Source: Cirrosporium novae-zelandiae
Taxonomy: Eukaryota
Length of the DNA: 64,000 nucleotides
Assembly: GCA_026023565.1 (NCBI GenBank)
Contig: JAPETS010000002.1
Coordinates: 248,001 to 312,000, forward strand
Reading direction: 5' to 3'
Below, in pieces: positions 37,603 through 49,570 of the stretch. A program made the translations under genes and the position numbers. Under the pieces are notes generated by a model. It had not been told where the DNA came from and searched no databases. It was given only the letters and a program-made list of their open reading frames with translations. Position 1 is the stretch's first letter, and every line of letters begins with the position of its first letter.

Positions 37603-38590
37603 GGTTTTAATTAAACAAGGCAGCAGATGCTAGCAGGCAGCTACTGTGAGTCAATGAAGGATCAAAGAGTGTAGTAATGGCAAGTTCTAATAGGTGCAGA
37701 GTGATGATTGATGAGGCAAGCTACTTTAGACATTGCTTGATAGATGTTGATGATAATCAATTGTTGTTGTGGGGGAGGTGGTGATGGTGATGATGATTGA
37801 TTAGACATGTGAATTGGTTATCATAATATTAAAGGAAGTATACGGAAGTACATGTTGAGAGTTCAAGAGACGTTTTGTCCAGGATTCCTCTGTTGTGGTA
37901 AACCCAGCTGGGGGCCGTGTGTGTTATTCAAGCTCGGAATAACCTTTCCCTGTACCAAAGAGTAGACTCGTAGACTTTCTTTGGTTCGAAACCTGGGGCA
38001 TCACAGGCAGGACAAGGCAACAACAACAGGCAGAAACAGAGAGGCACGTGACATATACACTTGGCTGTGGCTTGAACTGACACGAACTGTGGCTTGGATT
38101 AGATATGTCAGCAACTGTTACACGCACACGACGCAATACCTGTCAGTACCAAGTAGAGTATTTTCCGAGTATTTATAATTGGACAAGTTAAAAAAGAACA
38201 TGCGGGGTCCCATGGTGGTTCCATGGAAACAAAGTATGGAAGGAATAGAATTTCCTAAATACCTGACAGAATGGTTAAAGATGAGGCCATCTCAGATTGA
38301 TATTCGCAAAAGGGATCCTGAATCAATGAATGTCCAACAAAGGGGGGTCAGTGTCAATGGGGTCAATGGGAGGTGGATCGCGTCATTTGGTGTTGGTTTT
38401 CGCAATGAAACTTGGGCATAACACGTGATTGGGCCATTATGAGGAAATCTCACCCTTGTAATGAGAGATGTAATACGAGATGCAATGAGAGATGAAAGCA
38501 GGGAGGCTCTTTCCCCTTAGGGCTCTTTCTAAAACCTTTCTTTGGGTCTTTCTCTAACCTGTAGTTGACCTATATTGACCTATGTTACTT

Positions 38591-38653
38591 GGTATCTCTG
38601 GGTATCTCTGGGTATCTCTGGGTATTCTGGGTATTCTGGGTATTCTAGGTATT
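38591..38653 (+). repeat. Tandem repeat GGTATCTCTG x3 grading into GGTATTCTG x3
   Basis: Read directly from the sequence, in the ATG17/sconB intergenic region. Confidence 0.85.
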
Positions 38654-39130
38654 CCCCTTATACGGGGACTGACAAGAAATCCATCCAGCTTAGCCCTTCT
38701 TGGACTTTCTTGTGTTTCCAAGAGCCCAAAGCAAAAATTAAAGTGGCAAAATCGGGGATCACGCCAATTCTACCTTTTCGCAGCACATCATCAAAACTCA
38801 GTGTTACATGGTCCTGAATACCGAAAGTAATAATAGTCAAATAGTCAAAATCACCCAGGTATCACAAAACTACCCTGACTACCTAACCCACAACTTTCTC
38901 AACATCACCCAACACTAAACAACTACTACTACTATACACACGCTACCTTACCATACCTGTCTTTCCACCAATTCTCGTTGTTTTTCTATCCTTTTGTCGA
39001 CAGTTAACCGATCTCGGAGTAACCAAAACCGACCAGCTTGACGACGTCGCCTTCCCGTTCCCCCGCATCCCGATACCTATCCCTTCGAAAAAAAAAAGAC
39101 GGTATTCAATGTACTTCTAACGACAACATA

Positions 39131-41327
39131 ATGCCTCCAAGTACGAGGTCATTTATAATTATGAATGACGGTGTTGAAGAAATTTCGCATAAGAGAAGGA
39201 AGCTATCATCATCTGCTAGTAGTGCATCATCATTTAACCCCGACGATATGACCCAATTTCAAACAGCTCACTTCGACTCTGTTTCCGAACAAGGCGAGGA
39301 CTCAGAGACAACGAAGGAAGAAGATCTTAGCAACAATATATCTGCTTTCGCCAAATCTGCCAATTCCAAGATGGCCGACCAAACTATTACTCCTTTCCTG
39401 GCAAAGCATATCCCTAATCAATACGCACCACTAGGACACGCCATTCAAACCAAGAATCAAACAAACAGCTTCCCAAATTCCAAATATTGTTATCGCCACC
39501 GACCTGATCTGAAGTGTCAGAGGCAAGCCGACGAACCCTCGATGGATCAATTGCAACGGGTTTGTTCCCCTTCCAACTCAATAAGCACGCGATCATACTA
39601 ACATGTATCTAATATAGGAACTCGAAAGTCTGTCGACAAATGACCAGCAAGGCATTACTCATGTGTGGTCTCTCTTCTCTGCCGCTCCCGCCAAAATGCG
39701 TGAACTCATGCTGAAAGGCATACTGTCCCAATGCTGTTTCTCCCAATTATCTTTCATCTCAGCTAATGTCCGAGACATGATTCGAATCGACTTCATAAGC
39801 GCACTCCCGGCAGAAATATCTTTCAAGATCCTCTGTTATCTTGACACCACCTCTCTATGCAAGGCCGCGCAGGTGAGTCGGAGGTGGAGAACACTTGCAG
39901 ATGATGATGTGGTTTGGCATAAAATGTGCGAACAGCATATTGATCGGAAATGCACTAAATGCGGTTGGGGTCTCCCTCTTCTGGAAAGAAAACGTCTTCG
40001 AGCCTCCAAACGCCAAATCCAGCTCCGCGCTTCGGGTAGAGGATTGAACGAATGGTCACCCAACATTACTCCCACTCCAGGAACTCCTGTCGAGTGCTCT
40101 GAAACATCCCAATGCACCTCGTCTAAGCGCAAACTTGAATACAATGACGAAATTCGCACAAATATCCCAGTCCAACCTTGTCAGAAACCAATCACTGTTC
40201 ACACTCCCCAAGCTCAGTCTTGGAAAGCTGTATACCGAGATCGATACAAAGTCGGCACAAACTGGAAATATGGGCGGTGTAGTCTTAAGATATTTAAAGG
40301 CCACACCAACGGTGTCATGGCGCTTCAATTCGACGACACAATCCTTGCCACGGGGTCCTATGACTCTACAATCAAAATCTGGGATATCGAAACCACCGAT
40401 GAAATTCGCACCCTCACAGGCCACGCAAGTGGAATTCGATGTCTCCAATTCGATGACAATAAACTTATCTCAGGTAGCCTGGACGCTTCTCTGAGGATAT
40501 GGAATTGGCACACGGGCGAGTGTCTAAACGTTTTAACTGGACATGACGGTGGTATCATCGCTCTGCACTTTGCCGATAACCTCCTTGCCTCCGGTTCCAT
40601 GGATAAAACAATTCGGCTTTGGAATTTTGACAAGAAATCGAGCTTCTCGCTAAAAGGTCACTCAGATTGGGTTAACTCCGTACGCATCGATTCTACATCA
40701 CGAACCCTCTTCTCTGCGTCCGACGATTGCACTGTTCGTCTCTGGGATCTAGAGACCAAGGAATGTATTCGCATTTTTGAAGGCCATGTCGGACAGGTAC
40801 AACAGGTGATACCGCTTCCACCCGAGTTCGAATGGGATCATGGCCCCGAGACCGATGACACAGACGATGCATCCAGCATCGCCAACGATGAAATTGGTGC
40901 CCCCTTCCCCGCAACTCCACCATTCTTAGAAACTTCGCCTCCTCCCCTACCACCAACATACGGCCCTTCATTCCTTCCAACCGGTACTCGCCCTCCACCT
41001 CCCCGGTACATTCTCACTTCCGCCCTCGACAGCACCATCCGACTCTGGGACACCCTAACGTCGAAATGCCTACATAGATACTTTGGACACGTGGAAGGAG
41101 TATGGGCCTTGGCTGCTGATACGCTGAGGATTGTAAGCGGGGCGGAGGATAAGACAGTGAAGGTGTGGGACCCACGGAGCGGAAAATGCGAAAGAACCTT
41201 CACCGGGCATAGAGGACCAGTCACATGCATTGGGCTAAGTGACTGTAGGCTCGTCAGCGGGGGAGAGGATGGTGAAGTTCGATGTTTAGGTTTCAGAGGG
41301 GGAGTGAGGGGTAGAGGGTGGTGGTGA
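39131..41327 (+). CDS. sconB: F-box/WD40 sulfur-regulation ubiquitin-ligase adaptor SconB/SCON-2/Met30; 2 exons, intron 39560-39617
   Basis: [26 protein letters not shown]-box [39 protein letters not shown] and WD40 repeats. The intron GTTTGT...ACTAAC...TAG restores the frame. The start codon is uncertain. Confidence 0.94.
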
Positions 41328-42680
41328 GATCTAACTACTAGCTTCCCTCGATCTACATATTTTTTTTCACTTTCTTCAGAGAAGAAATTCATATTTCCGT
41401 GATTGGGTTGGCATGGAGTGTTAGCATAGGATTTGATGGGAGGCAATTCTGTTAAAATTGGGTGGATAATTTCTATTATATGCCAGCTGGCTTTTTTGGG
41501 AACAGGGGGGAAAACAAATCGGTCCTTTGGTGTTTTTGGTGTTTGGCGAACGAGCCAGTGATATTCAACAGTTGCTATATACCCAATTAACTACTATTAC
41601 TACTTCCACAAATCTACTTTTTAAAACATGATGCAGGTGCGATGGGATGGGATGATTGCTAAAATCAATCAATCGAGATGCGTGTTTTTATTCTGCTTCT
41701 CTCTTCCTTGTCCCCCTCCCCATGATATATATGAAGAATGATTGATTCAATCCATAGACATGTATGTATGTATATACCTATATACGCATGTGTCAAGGAT
41801 TGGGTGGCTACAATGTAGGTAGCGAAATGTATACGTTATTTGTACAGTACGTATAATAAATATATTTATAATAGTAATATCTGTCTGACCTTATTTTTCT
41901 TATCCCTTCTACCCTCTTTTTTTGTTACAACATGTATGTATATACCTATATTATATACACATGTATACACATATATATCTCTATCTCACAACCAAGAACT
42001 TTCCAACCCCACTTAGTCCTTAGCTCAAGGGAGGGAGGAAGGGAGGGAGAGTCGCATGTTTGTTTGTTTGTTTGTATGTATGGTGCATTAGCATTATTAT
42101 ATAGTACGTTTATGTTAGATACCATAAATACCAGGAATTGGGTAGGTTGGCACGTGGTTAGGTTCGATTCCCATGAGCGCCTAGTGGTTGGCCCTTAAAG
42201 GTGTAGTAATCTGTAGTCTGTAGTTGGTTGATGCTGTGTGTGTGTGTGTTTTTTGGAATGTATAGTAATGCATGTTTAAATATGTGACTTTTTTCCTTTG
42301 GGTTGGTTTGGTTTGGGCTAGCTTAATGAGCATAAAAAAGAAAGAAGAAAGAAGGAGAAATAAATATCCTGTAAGCGATGGTGTAGATGTATTAGATAGA
42401 TATCTGGGTAGATAGTTATTGAAGTTCTCTCTCAGTAAGGGAGGGAGTGAGTTAAGGTTTCAGAAGGTGTATAAACATGTTTCGTTTTATTATTTTATGT
42501 ATTTATTTGCTTAACTTAAGGTAAGGAAGAAAGAAAGGAATATAATTAGAGGAACTGTAATTAGACTAATTAATTAATTATTTATTTATTTATTTGAGCT
42601 GGATACCTGGGTAGTATATCTGGTGGATAGTGGATAGGTACTTACTATACCTCACCACGTGCTTGATATATCTATATTAA

Positions 42681-42716
42681 GATCAAGATTAGATCAAGAT
42701 TAGATCAAGATTAGAT
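42681..42716 (+). repeat. 11-mer tandem repeat (GATCAAGATTA)x3
   Basis: Read directly from the sequence. Confidence 0.8.
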
Positions 42717-43454
42717 TCTTAAGATCTTGTGTACATATTACTATATACAAATATAACCCTAACACTAAGGATCTCAGTACAGTACAATACAATAATAATA
42801 ATACAACTTGCTTCTTTGCATAACATAAACATATTTCCAATTACCAAGATCTATAAATTAATAGATATCCAATAATAAATGTATATCCAAACCAAAACCG
42901 AAACCCTGACCTGTTGGAGAGACAGAGTGTGTTGGTCCCCCCCCCATAGTAGTTAGTGAAGACCTTGGTAACAAATTGTATTAGATATTAAGATTCTTAG
43001 AATCACTTAATTAGAATACACATTATGCATGCCCTTCTGCAAACATGGACCTTCTTTCTCCCCTAGATATGGTCTTCCCCTTTTTGCTACCAGAGCTTCC
43101 CATATATATTAATTATGACGCGTCTTCCCCACGCATGTCTTTCTTGGTGAGTGAGTGAGTGAGGTGAGTGGTGTAATATCTGGATGCGCTCCGCGCACTA
43201 GGCCCTAACTCCTTTTTTCTTGACCTTTCCTTGACTCTTTTCCTTAAAAATTTTCCCCCTTATCTGGACCCTCTATTTGTGACAACCTGAAATCTTATCC
43301 TCATAATGTTGAAACAGTGTTCCCATCACAAATAGAATACGAAAAAACACAGAACATTCCCCTTCCTCTCTTCCTCTCTCCTGGTGCTGCCTCTACCTTT
43401 CATTTGCTTCGCATAACCACAATTAGTAAGCAATACCTTCAAGAACCATCCATT

Positions 43455-44498
43455 TTAGACCCAGAGGTTGTGTTTCTTGCGTTGGTGATCTAGAAGCTTG
43501 TCGCGGCGGTAAAAGGCTCGCGAGCCTGTGTGCGGACAGCCTGAGATGAGGCAGCTAAATACTCGTCGGCTGGGGTCGTGTATTCCGCTGTGGCGGCTAA
43601 GGTCGGCGGGACGGGTGAAGGTTTGGTCACAGTTGGGGCAGTTGAGACTATTGGGAAGACTGTTAGATTGGGGTTGGGGATGAGGATGAGGACTGTTGGA
43701 GTAGGCTAAGGAAGGGCTCGATGTTGTCGGCTGATAAGCCGGGTTTGGGGTGCTTTGACCAAAGGAATAGTGCCTTTGGGGGGGATATTGTGATGCGTTT
43801 GGATTCGGGACAACTGAGTTAGGGAACCCGATACCAGTTTCCTGGTGAAGTTTAATTCGAACCGGCCTAGCTGAGGTATGGGATTGTCCTCACCATCATG
43901 CTCAGCTGATTTTGCTCGACTGAAGGGGGTGGCGAAAGGTTCATCATTGCCGTCCCTGAGTTATTGAAATGGTCAAAGGCATGATGCAATGGTTTCTGGA
44001 ACGCTTGAGGCTGCTGCTGCAAGGTGCATGGCAGTGGGACGGCCGTGGTCCTTGGGATAATGGTAGCAACGGTGGGTGTGGACTCTCCATCATGAGAATG
44101 AGTGGCTTGTTGTCGAATCGTAGGATTTCGGTGGGAATTGTCGTAATGTTCTTTTACCTCTTCGATGGTGTTGAAAAGTAGTAGGCAAGTTGGTACAACA
44201 CATAGCAAGAGATCATCGAGCAAGCCAAATTCGTCTTCGAAAGGTGGGACGGCAACGGCGAGGCTTTTTGGAGGAGGCGAGAAGAGGTCCTGGCCAAGGT
44301 CCGAATCGCTGAATCCACTAAGGTCGTATCAGTAATCTGACCGTTATAACTATTAATTCGAAAGCCCAACTCTGAAAATTTCATTGTCGTAGGGTATCAG
44401 GCATACCACCCCGACACCGTCGGGCTAGATACTTTCATCAATCTGAATTTGGAAGGGTCGGTCGAGAGTAGGGAACGAATGCAAGTTTTAGGATCCAT
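43455..44498 (-). CDS. C2H2 zinc-finger protein with three fingers; exons 44498-44407, 44317-43894, 43841-43455
   Basis: Splicing GT-AG introns 44318-44406 and 43842-43893 gives one open frame with CVVPTCLLLFNTIEEVKEHYDNSH, CPNCDQTFTRPADLSRHSGIH and CLISGCPHTGSRAFYRRDKLLDHQRKKH. An acceptor directly before the ATG suggests a further upstream exon. Confidence 0.82.
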
Positions 44499-45281
44499 CT
44501 AAGCCAGATATTAGCACATCACCCTATTCAGTTTAACAGAAAATAAATTATCTATATACCTAACCAGTCTTGTGTTTTACTTATCGAGGCGTCCTGACTC
44601 TAAAAATTGGATCCTATCCTCAGGGTTTGTTTTATTGGAAGCTCCGGATCTATCATTCCTTGGCCTTATTAGTAGTTAACATTTTTAATTCTAACCACAT
44701 TCAATCTCACGAGAAAATAAAGGAAAAAAATATGGGAAATAACAAATGATAAATGATAAACGACATGCAACAAATCGGAGATAATATGTAGGAAATCGAA
44801 TTAGGATAGTTGTTTAAGCGCAAGCTTAAGCGATGTCCGTTATAGGGCGCCATACAAATAATAAGATAATTTATTATCATATAGAATAAAGTAATATATA
44901 AAAGAGTTCCGTACCTTAAATTAATGTGATTGTTTTGCAAATTTTTTAGTTGAGCAAAAATAACATTGTGGCTTTGTGTAGTTCAAGACTGCATACAAGA
45001 GCAGACTGGTACTATTTTAAAACATATTAGTATTTGCTATTGTAGGTAAATAAAATTTACTCCTTAAGTGAGCTGCTGTTGCTTTGTGGGTCTAGTCGAA
45101 CAGGCTCCATACTAGAAAGACAAGCTTGGAATTCAGGGTGAGGTAATAGAATGTGATATTGTCGCTAAATTTAAGGCGTCTAAGTTAGTTAAGTTATTAT
45201 ATTCTTTAAGATGAATATATTAAGATTTTCAGGGTTCATACTACTCGAGTAGGAAGAGTCTCTGCCTTTATATGTATTCAA

Positions 45282-45372
45282 GGCCCGAGGGTGGTTCGCA
45301 TGTTTGAAGGTGCATTCGCTGAATTTCTTAATTAAACGAATGCACTTTTAAACATGCCAACTACTCTCGGCC
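45282..45372. repeat. Imperfect inverted repeat / hairpin with ~43-bp arms
   Basis: Left arm GGCCCGAGGGTGGTTCGCATGTTTGAAGGTGCATTCGCTGAATT versus the reverse complement of the right arm, GGCCGAGAGTAGTTGGCATGTTTAAAAGTGCATTCGTTTAATT. Confidence 0.85.
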
Positions 45373-47058
45373 CCCCAGCCTTGCTTGACGGGCAATCTGG
45401 AGGCATAGGTAATCTGAGGGGCCACTGCTCACGGGATTCCCCTCAAATCATAATCCGAGAAGGACAGATGGTAAGGGGCATAGCCCTCAAACCACGTTGG
45501 TTCCCCATAGCCAATTATCTTAGCAGCTAAAGGTGAAGCTGTGAAAAAATATAGACCCCCATACACAGACTTGAAGGATGAAATGTCGAGGGGCACATGT
45601 AGACGGCGTCCATTGAGTCCTATAGGCTAGAGCCTCACAAAAGGGCGTTTTTGTTGGGTTGAACAACAAACCAATGTACCTAATTACCTATGTAAGTACG
45701 CGTAGTTATAAAGATCGAATGGAGTTATTCCTAAACGAAGCTAGTTATATCTTCGGGATAAAATAGTCACTGCTTTTAGGAACAAATGATCATTATATTC
45801 ATCAATCATTGCACATAACAATAGTATGTATCTTCATAGCTGCCACCTTGAGCGCTGGTCGCCACAGAAGTGAGTGGCTGGTGCGCCTTTGCGGATACCC
45901 CTCATTCATTTTTGACTCAAGGATGTAAGGCTGCGCTAGCAGTCTTGGGGTGTAGGTTATGTGTGTGAGAAGAGAGCTGGTGTGAGAAGAGAGTTGGTGT
46001 ATGTACCTAGGTAAGCAGAAATATAGGAGAATGTGAGAAGTTCTTGCGTAGAAGGTCGGCGCAAATCGGAACAACTATCTTCCGTGATCCGAGGTTGTAA
46101 GGTTCTATACCTACCTATAGGTACCTAGGTATTCCTTACAAATGAAATAATTATTTACTAGAGTACCTCAGTGGATGTCTTTCCTTGAGAAGGGGTATGG
46201 GTAACTACTTGGTGTAAGTAGAATAACTTGGCTAACATGTATATACGTATATATATGCATGCATGCATACATGCAATTCAGCTGCCAAATAACCACATCC
46301 AGTCTATTTAGTTTATTCATAGCTTACGGTTTATAAATAAATTTGTAATGCTCACGATTGTGTGTTGTGTATGTGCATGTGGGTACATATAGGACAGAAT
46401 AGAACAGAGCAGGGTTGATATTTGATTGCTTCAATATTGTTCAAACATCACATGGTATCTCATTAGCCTATCTCTCTGTCCCCTTTCTCTTCTTTTCCCT
46501 CATAATACATATATGATGGTATCATACGCTCCTTGAGGGGATTTTGTATTTTCTGGGGTTTGTAGAGAGGCTTATCGCTTTTTTTCTTTCCTTCTTTCTT
46601 ATATCGTCATCTTATTTCATTATAAATTTCTTTTGTTCCTATGCTGCTGCTACTTGATTCGTTCTCTGTTCCTGTTATTTTCATTTTCATAGATCCCATG
46701 ATAACGCCGAAGATGTAATGGTGAAAAGTTATTGATACACCCCTTCCATGAAACATGTATTTTTTTGACATGCATGAGTGACATGGGATGAAGTAGAAAT
46801 GGGAAAGTAGATATTGTGACCTTGATGTTGTCGGATTGGATGGTTTGTTTTGTTGGAGTCTGGACGTGGAAATAAATGTTCACGTCCTACCTGGATTCCG
46901 GTGCCGACGAGCGGAAAATCGCATCTCGGAACCAAATAGATCAGGACTCGGGGGTTGGGAAGCAGCATATTTTACTTTCGATGGTGCTGGCAATGGGGAA
47001 TTCTTCCGTGGACTCTCCCACTCGTTTTGTTTGTTCCGTGAAAATTCGCAACCCTATA

Positions 47059-48504
47059 TTATCTTCCCGTAAGGAGATCCTCTTTGGCGCGATAATCTTG
47101 CCACGCCTCAATCTCATCCACCTTCTTCGTCCACCCATCTAATAGCCCCTTCACCATGTGGTTCGTATTTCTCATGCCCCTCATGCTCTCCCAACCCCTC
47201 ACCATTGCTCCCACGTCGTCTGCCTTGGTTGCCCACCCCTCCCATACTGCCACGTCCAGCCCCTTCAGACAGTACATCACCTTCAGCACGTTTCTGAATG
47301 TGACTTGTGCATCCCATGGCTTGGGCCAATGGGCCAGGGATAGGTATGAGAGGGTTTGGATGGTGGGGGCCAGGGAGAGGAGAGAGTACCAGGAAGAGCT
47401 AGGTAAAGACGGCGGCTCATGACTTAGGGAAGGAGGGCGTAGTGCGAGGGAGAGGGTTTTCAGAGATGGAAAGCGGTAGGAAAGGTCGCCTGCTACTGAG
47501 TCGTCGTCTCCGGCATCGGACCAGGATGATGGAGGCGGGGTTGCGGAGCTCGAGGGACTCATGGGACCTCCGTCCCCCAATTCGTCATCAATAGAGTTGG
47601 TTCTATCCCCACCGAGGAATTCTTTGAGATCATCGAGTTTGAGACCATTTTCAATGCTTCCACGCAAATCGAGACATTTAATGCCTTCTCCCCCGGTTCC
47701 ACCTTCTATCTCGGCATTGTTGGCGAACAAAGTTTTGAGGCCCCGTAAAGTCATTCCATCGCCATAAGTTGCAACGTAGGCACACAATAATTCCTTGAGA
47801 GCAGGCCGCAGGAGGGGAGAAAGGTTGTAGCGCTGGTAGGAGACCTGGAAGGAAAATGTCTCGGCAAGTTTCTTCAGACAAGCATGTTGCAGAGAATTTG
47901 GGCGGGGAACGTGTGGAAGTTCGGGAGAGAGACGAACTCTCGGGGTAGTAATCTCAGTTTCAAGAGGTGCCATTGTTTTCTCATTGAATATAAACTCAAA
48001 TTGTTTATTATTAGTTGGGTAAATGTTTGTATAATGAGAAGAGTTGGCATCATATCCGAGGTGTGTCGGAACTGCGGAGCCCTCTAATTGACCAATGACA
48101 TCACCTTGATAAGGATTTTGCATCGATTCTGGCGTAAATGTCGCAGTTGCCCAACTTTCAGGTGCCGCTGGTCCTGCAGGTGCTCTCCTTCGTCGGATAT
48201 TCGGTCCATCTGGATCTCTCACTCGCATTCCTGGCCGTGGGCGAGGCGGTGGGAGATCTGGAATCTCGAGAACCTGGGTTATGGATGGCGGTAAGGACGG
48301 CAATGTAGCAGGTGATGGAAACAGAAACTGTGATGGTATAGCAGAAACGTGCGCCTGAGTACGACGGAGACTACTGAGGAGTGAGTTCACCGTTGAGGAT
48401 GACGATGAGGAAGATTCATCTTGACGGGGTCTCAGTGAGAGGGACGAGGGAACTGTGCTGGCAGGTTTTGTTGGATAATGTTTTTGGGAATGTTTCTTGG
48501 GCAT
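47059..48504 (-). CDS. Hypothetical protein with a Pro/Ser-rich N-terminus and LRR-like strands in the C-terminal half
   Basis: 481-aa ORF with PAGPAAPESW, SLQHACLKKLA and LRR-like IKCLDLRG, FPSLKTLSLA, TLSYLSLAHWPKP. Confidence 0.75.
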   Translation of the reverse strand: MPKKHSQKHYPTKPASTVPSSLSLRPRQDESSSSSSSTVNSLLSSLRRTQAHVSAIPSQFLFPSPATLPSLPPSITQVLEIPDLPPPRPRPGMRVRDPDGPNIRRRRAPAGPAAPESWATATFTPESMQNPYQGDVIGQLEGSAVPTHLGYDANSSHYTNIYPTNNKQFEFIFNEKTMAPLETEITTPRVRLSPELPHVPRPNSLQHACLKKLAETFSFQVSYQRYNLSPLLRPALKELLCAYVATYGDGMTLRGLKTLFANNAEIEGGTGGEGIKCLDLRGSIENGLKLDDLKEFLGGDRTNSIDDELGDGGPMSPSSSATPPPSSWSDAGDDDSVAGDLSYRFPSLKTLSLALRPPSLSHEPPSLPSSSWYSLLSLAPTIQTLSYLSLAHWPKPWDAQVTFRNVLKVMYCLKGLDVAVWEGWATKADDVGAMVRGWESMRGMRNTNHMVKGLLDGWTKKVDEIEAWQDYRAKEDLLTGR

Positions 48505-48838
48505 GGTAGATTATGTAATTAATTGAATCAAGCAGAATTACACACGAAAAATCAGATTGCAGCAGATAACATAAAAAAGAAAGAAAATGTTGCGCCTGTT
48601 GATGGCTGCCTGGATATGTAAAAATGGCGGCGAGATTGAAGGCTGTAGGGCTGAAATGGTTATCCTGTGTGTGGATTGTGTGCACACTGGACTATGACTG
48701 TTAGCTGTGGTGTTTTCACTTTCCTCTGAAGGATCAAACCACGCCACTTTCCACAGACCTGTCAACTCGAGTATAATTTGTCCACCTCACCTCCTACATC
48801 CATTCCTGGTAATAATTCCACCTCCCCTCCGATTTGTC

Positions 48839-49432
48839 ATGCCTACCTCAATTTCACTCCGCTCTCCTGACCACCTTTGCCCTTCACTACCTACCGAGAG
48901 TCTTACTCCACCATCCCTGCCCTTTCTCTCCGGCACCTGGGCCGTTACCCACTCAACTCTTCCTATGTGGCGTAAATACCGCAATGTCCACATTACCTAC
49001 ACGCCCTTATTAAATGACCCTTCATCCCGTATCGACGACCTCGTAACGTATCAACCCCTTACCTCTGACTCTCTGAAATCCGTCCACGGGACAGACGCCC
49101 CGTCATTCAATACCGCTCTTTCGACATTATCTTGGAATTGGCGTGGAAAGGGGTTGCTGTGTTGGGTGACATCCCAGTGGGAGATCTTGGGCTATGGAGA
49201 GTTAGAGGAAGGAAAGAAACAGTGGATGGTTACGTATTTTGCAAAGACGCTATTTACACCAGCGGGAATTGATATTTACTCGAGGGGAGAGGAGGGATTG
49301 GGCGAGGAGGTGGTGAATGAGATAACCAAGAGGTTAGGAGAAGTCAAAGGAGCGAATGATACATTCAAGGAGCTGATTGGGACATTGTTTGAGGTGAAGA
49401 GGGATGCGGGGAAGTGTGGAGTAGATGGATGA
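48839..49432 (+). CDS. Small hypothetical protein, possibly a lipocalin/calycin-like beta barrel
   Basis: LSGTWAVTHSTLPMWRKYRNVHITY (GxW motif), WNWRGKGLL...SQWEILGYG, WMVTYFAKTLFTPAGIDIYSR; first ATG at 48839. Confidence 0.75.
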   Translation: MPTSISLRSPDHLCPSLPTESLTPPSLPFLSGTWAVTHSTLPMWRKYRNVHITYTPLLNDPSSRIDDLVTYQPLTSDSLKSVHGTDAPSFNTALSTLSWNWRGKGLLCWVTSQWEILGYGELEEGKKQWMVTYFAKTLFTPAGIDIYSRGEEGLGEEVVNEITKRLGEVKGANDTFKELIGTLFEVKRDAGKCGVDG

Positions 49433-49570
49433 GCTGACTACGTTTGTGTGGCACGCACTTCGGATTGATTTGGTGGTTTGCGGCGAATCGTAAGCATGAT
49501 ATTCATCCCATTATATTCGTTATTCAGCTTTTATGTTTGCACTAAACGTGATAGAATACGCCGTATTAGG

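Noticed and set aside
38591..38653. Short direct repeats as a CRISPR-like array
   Set aside because: The units are contiguous with no spacers, and the context is eukaryotic. It is a minisatellite.
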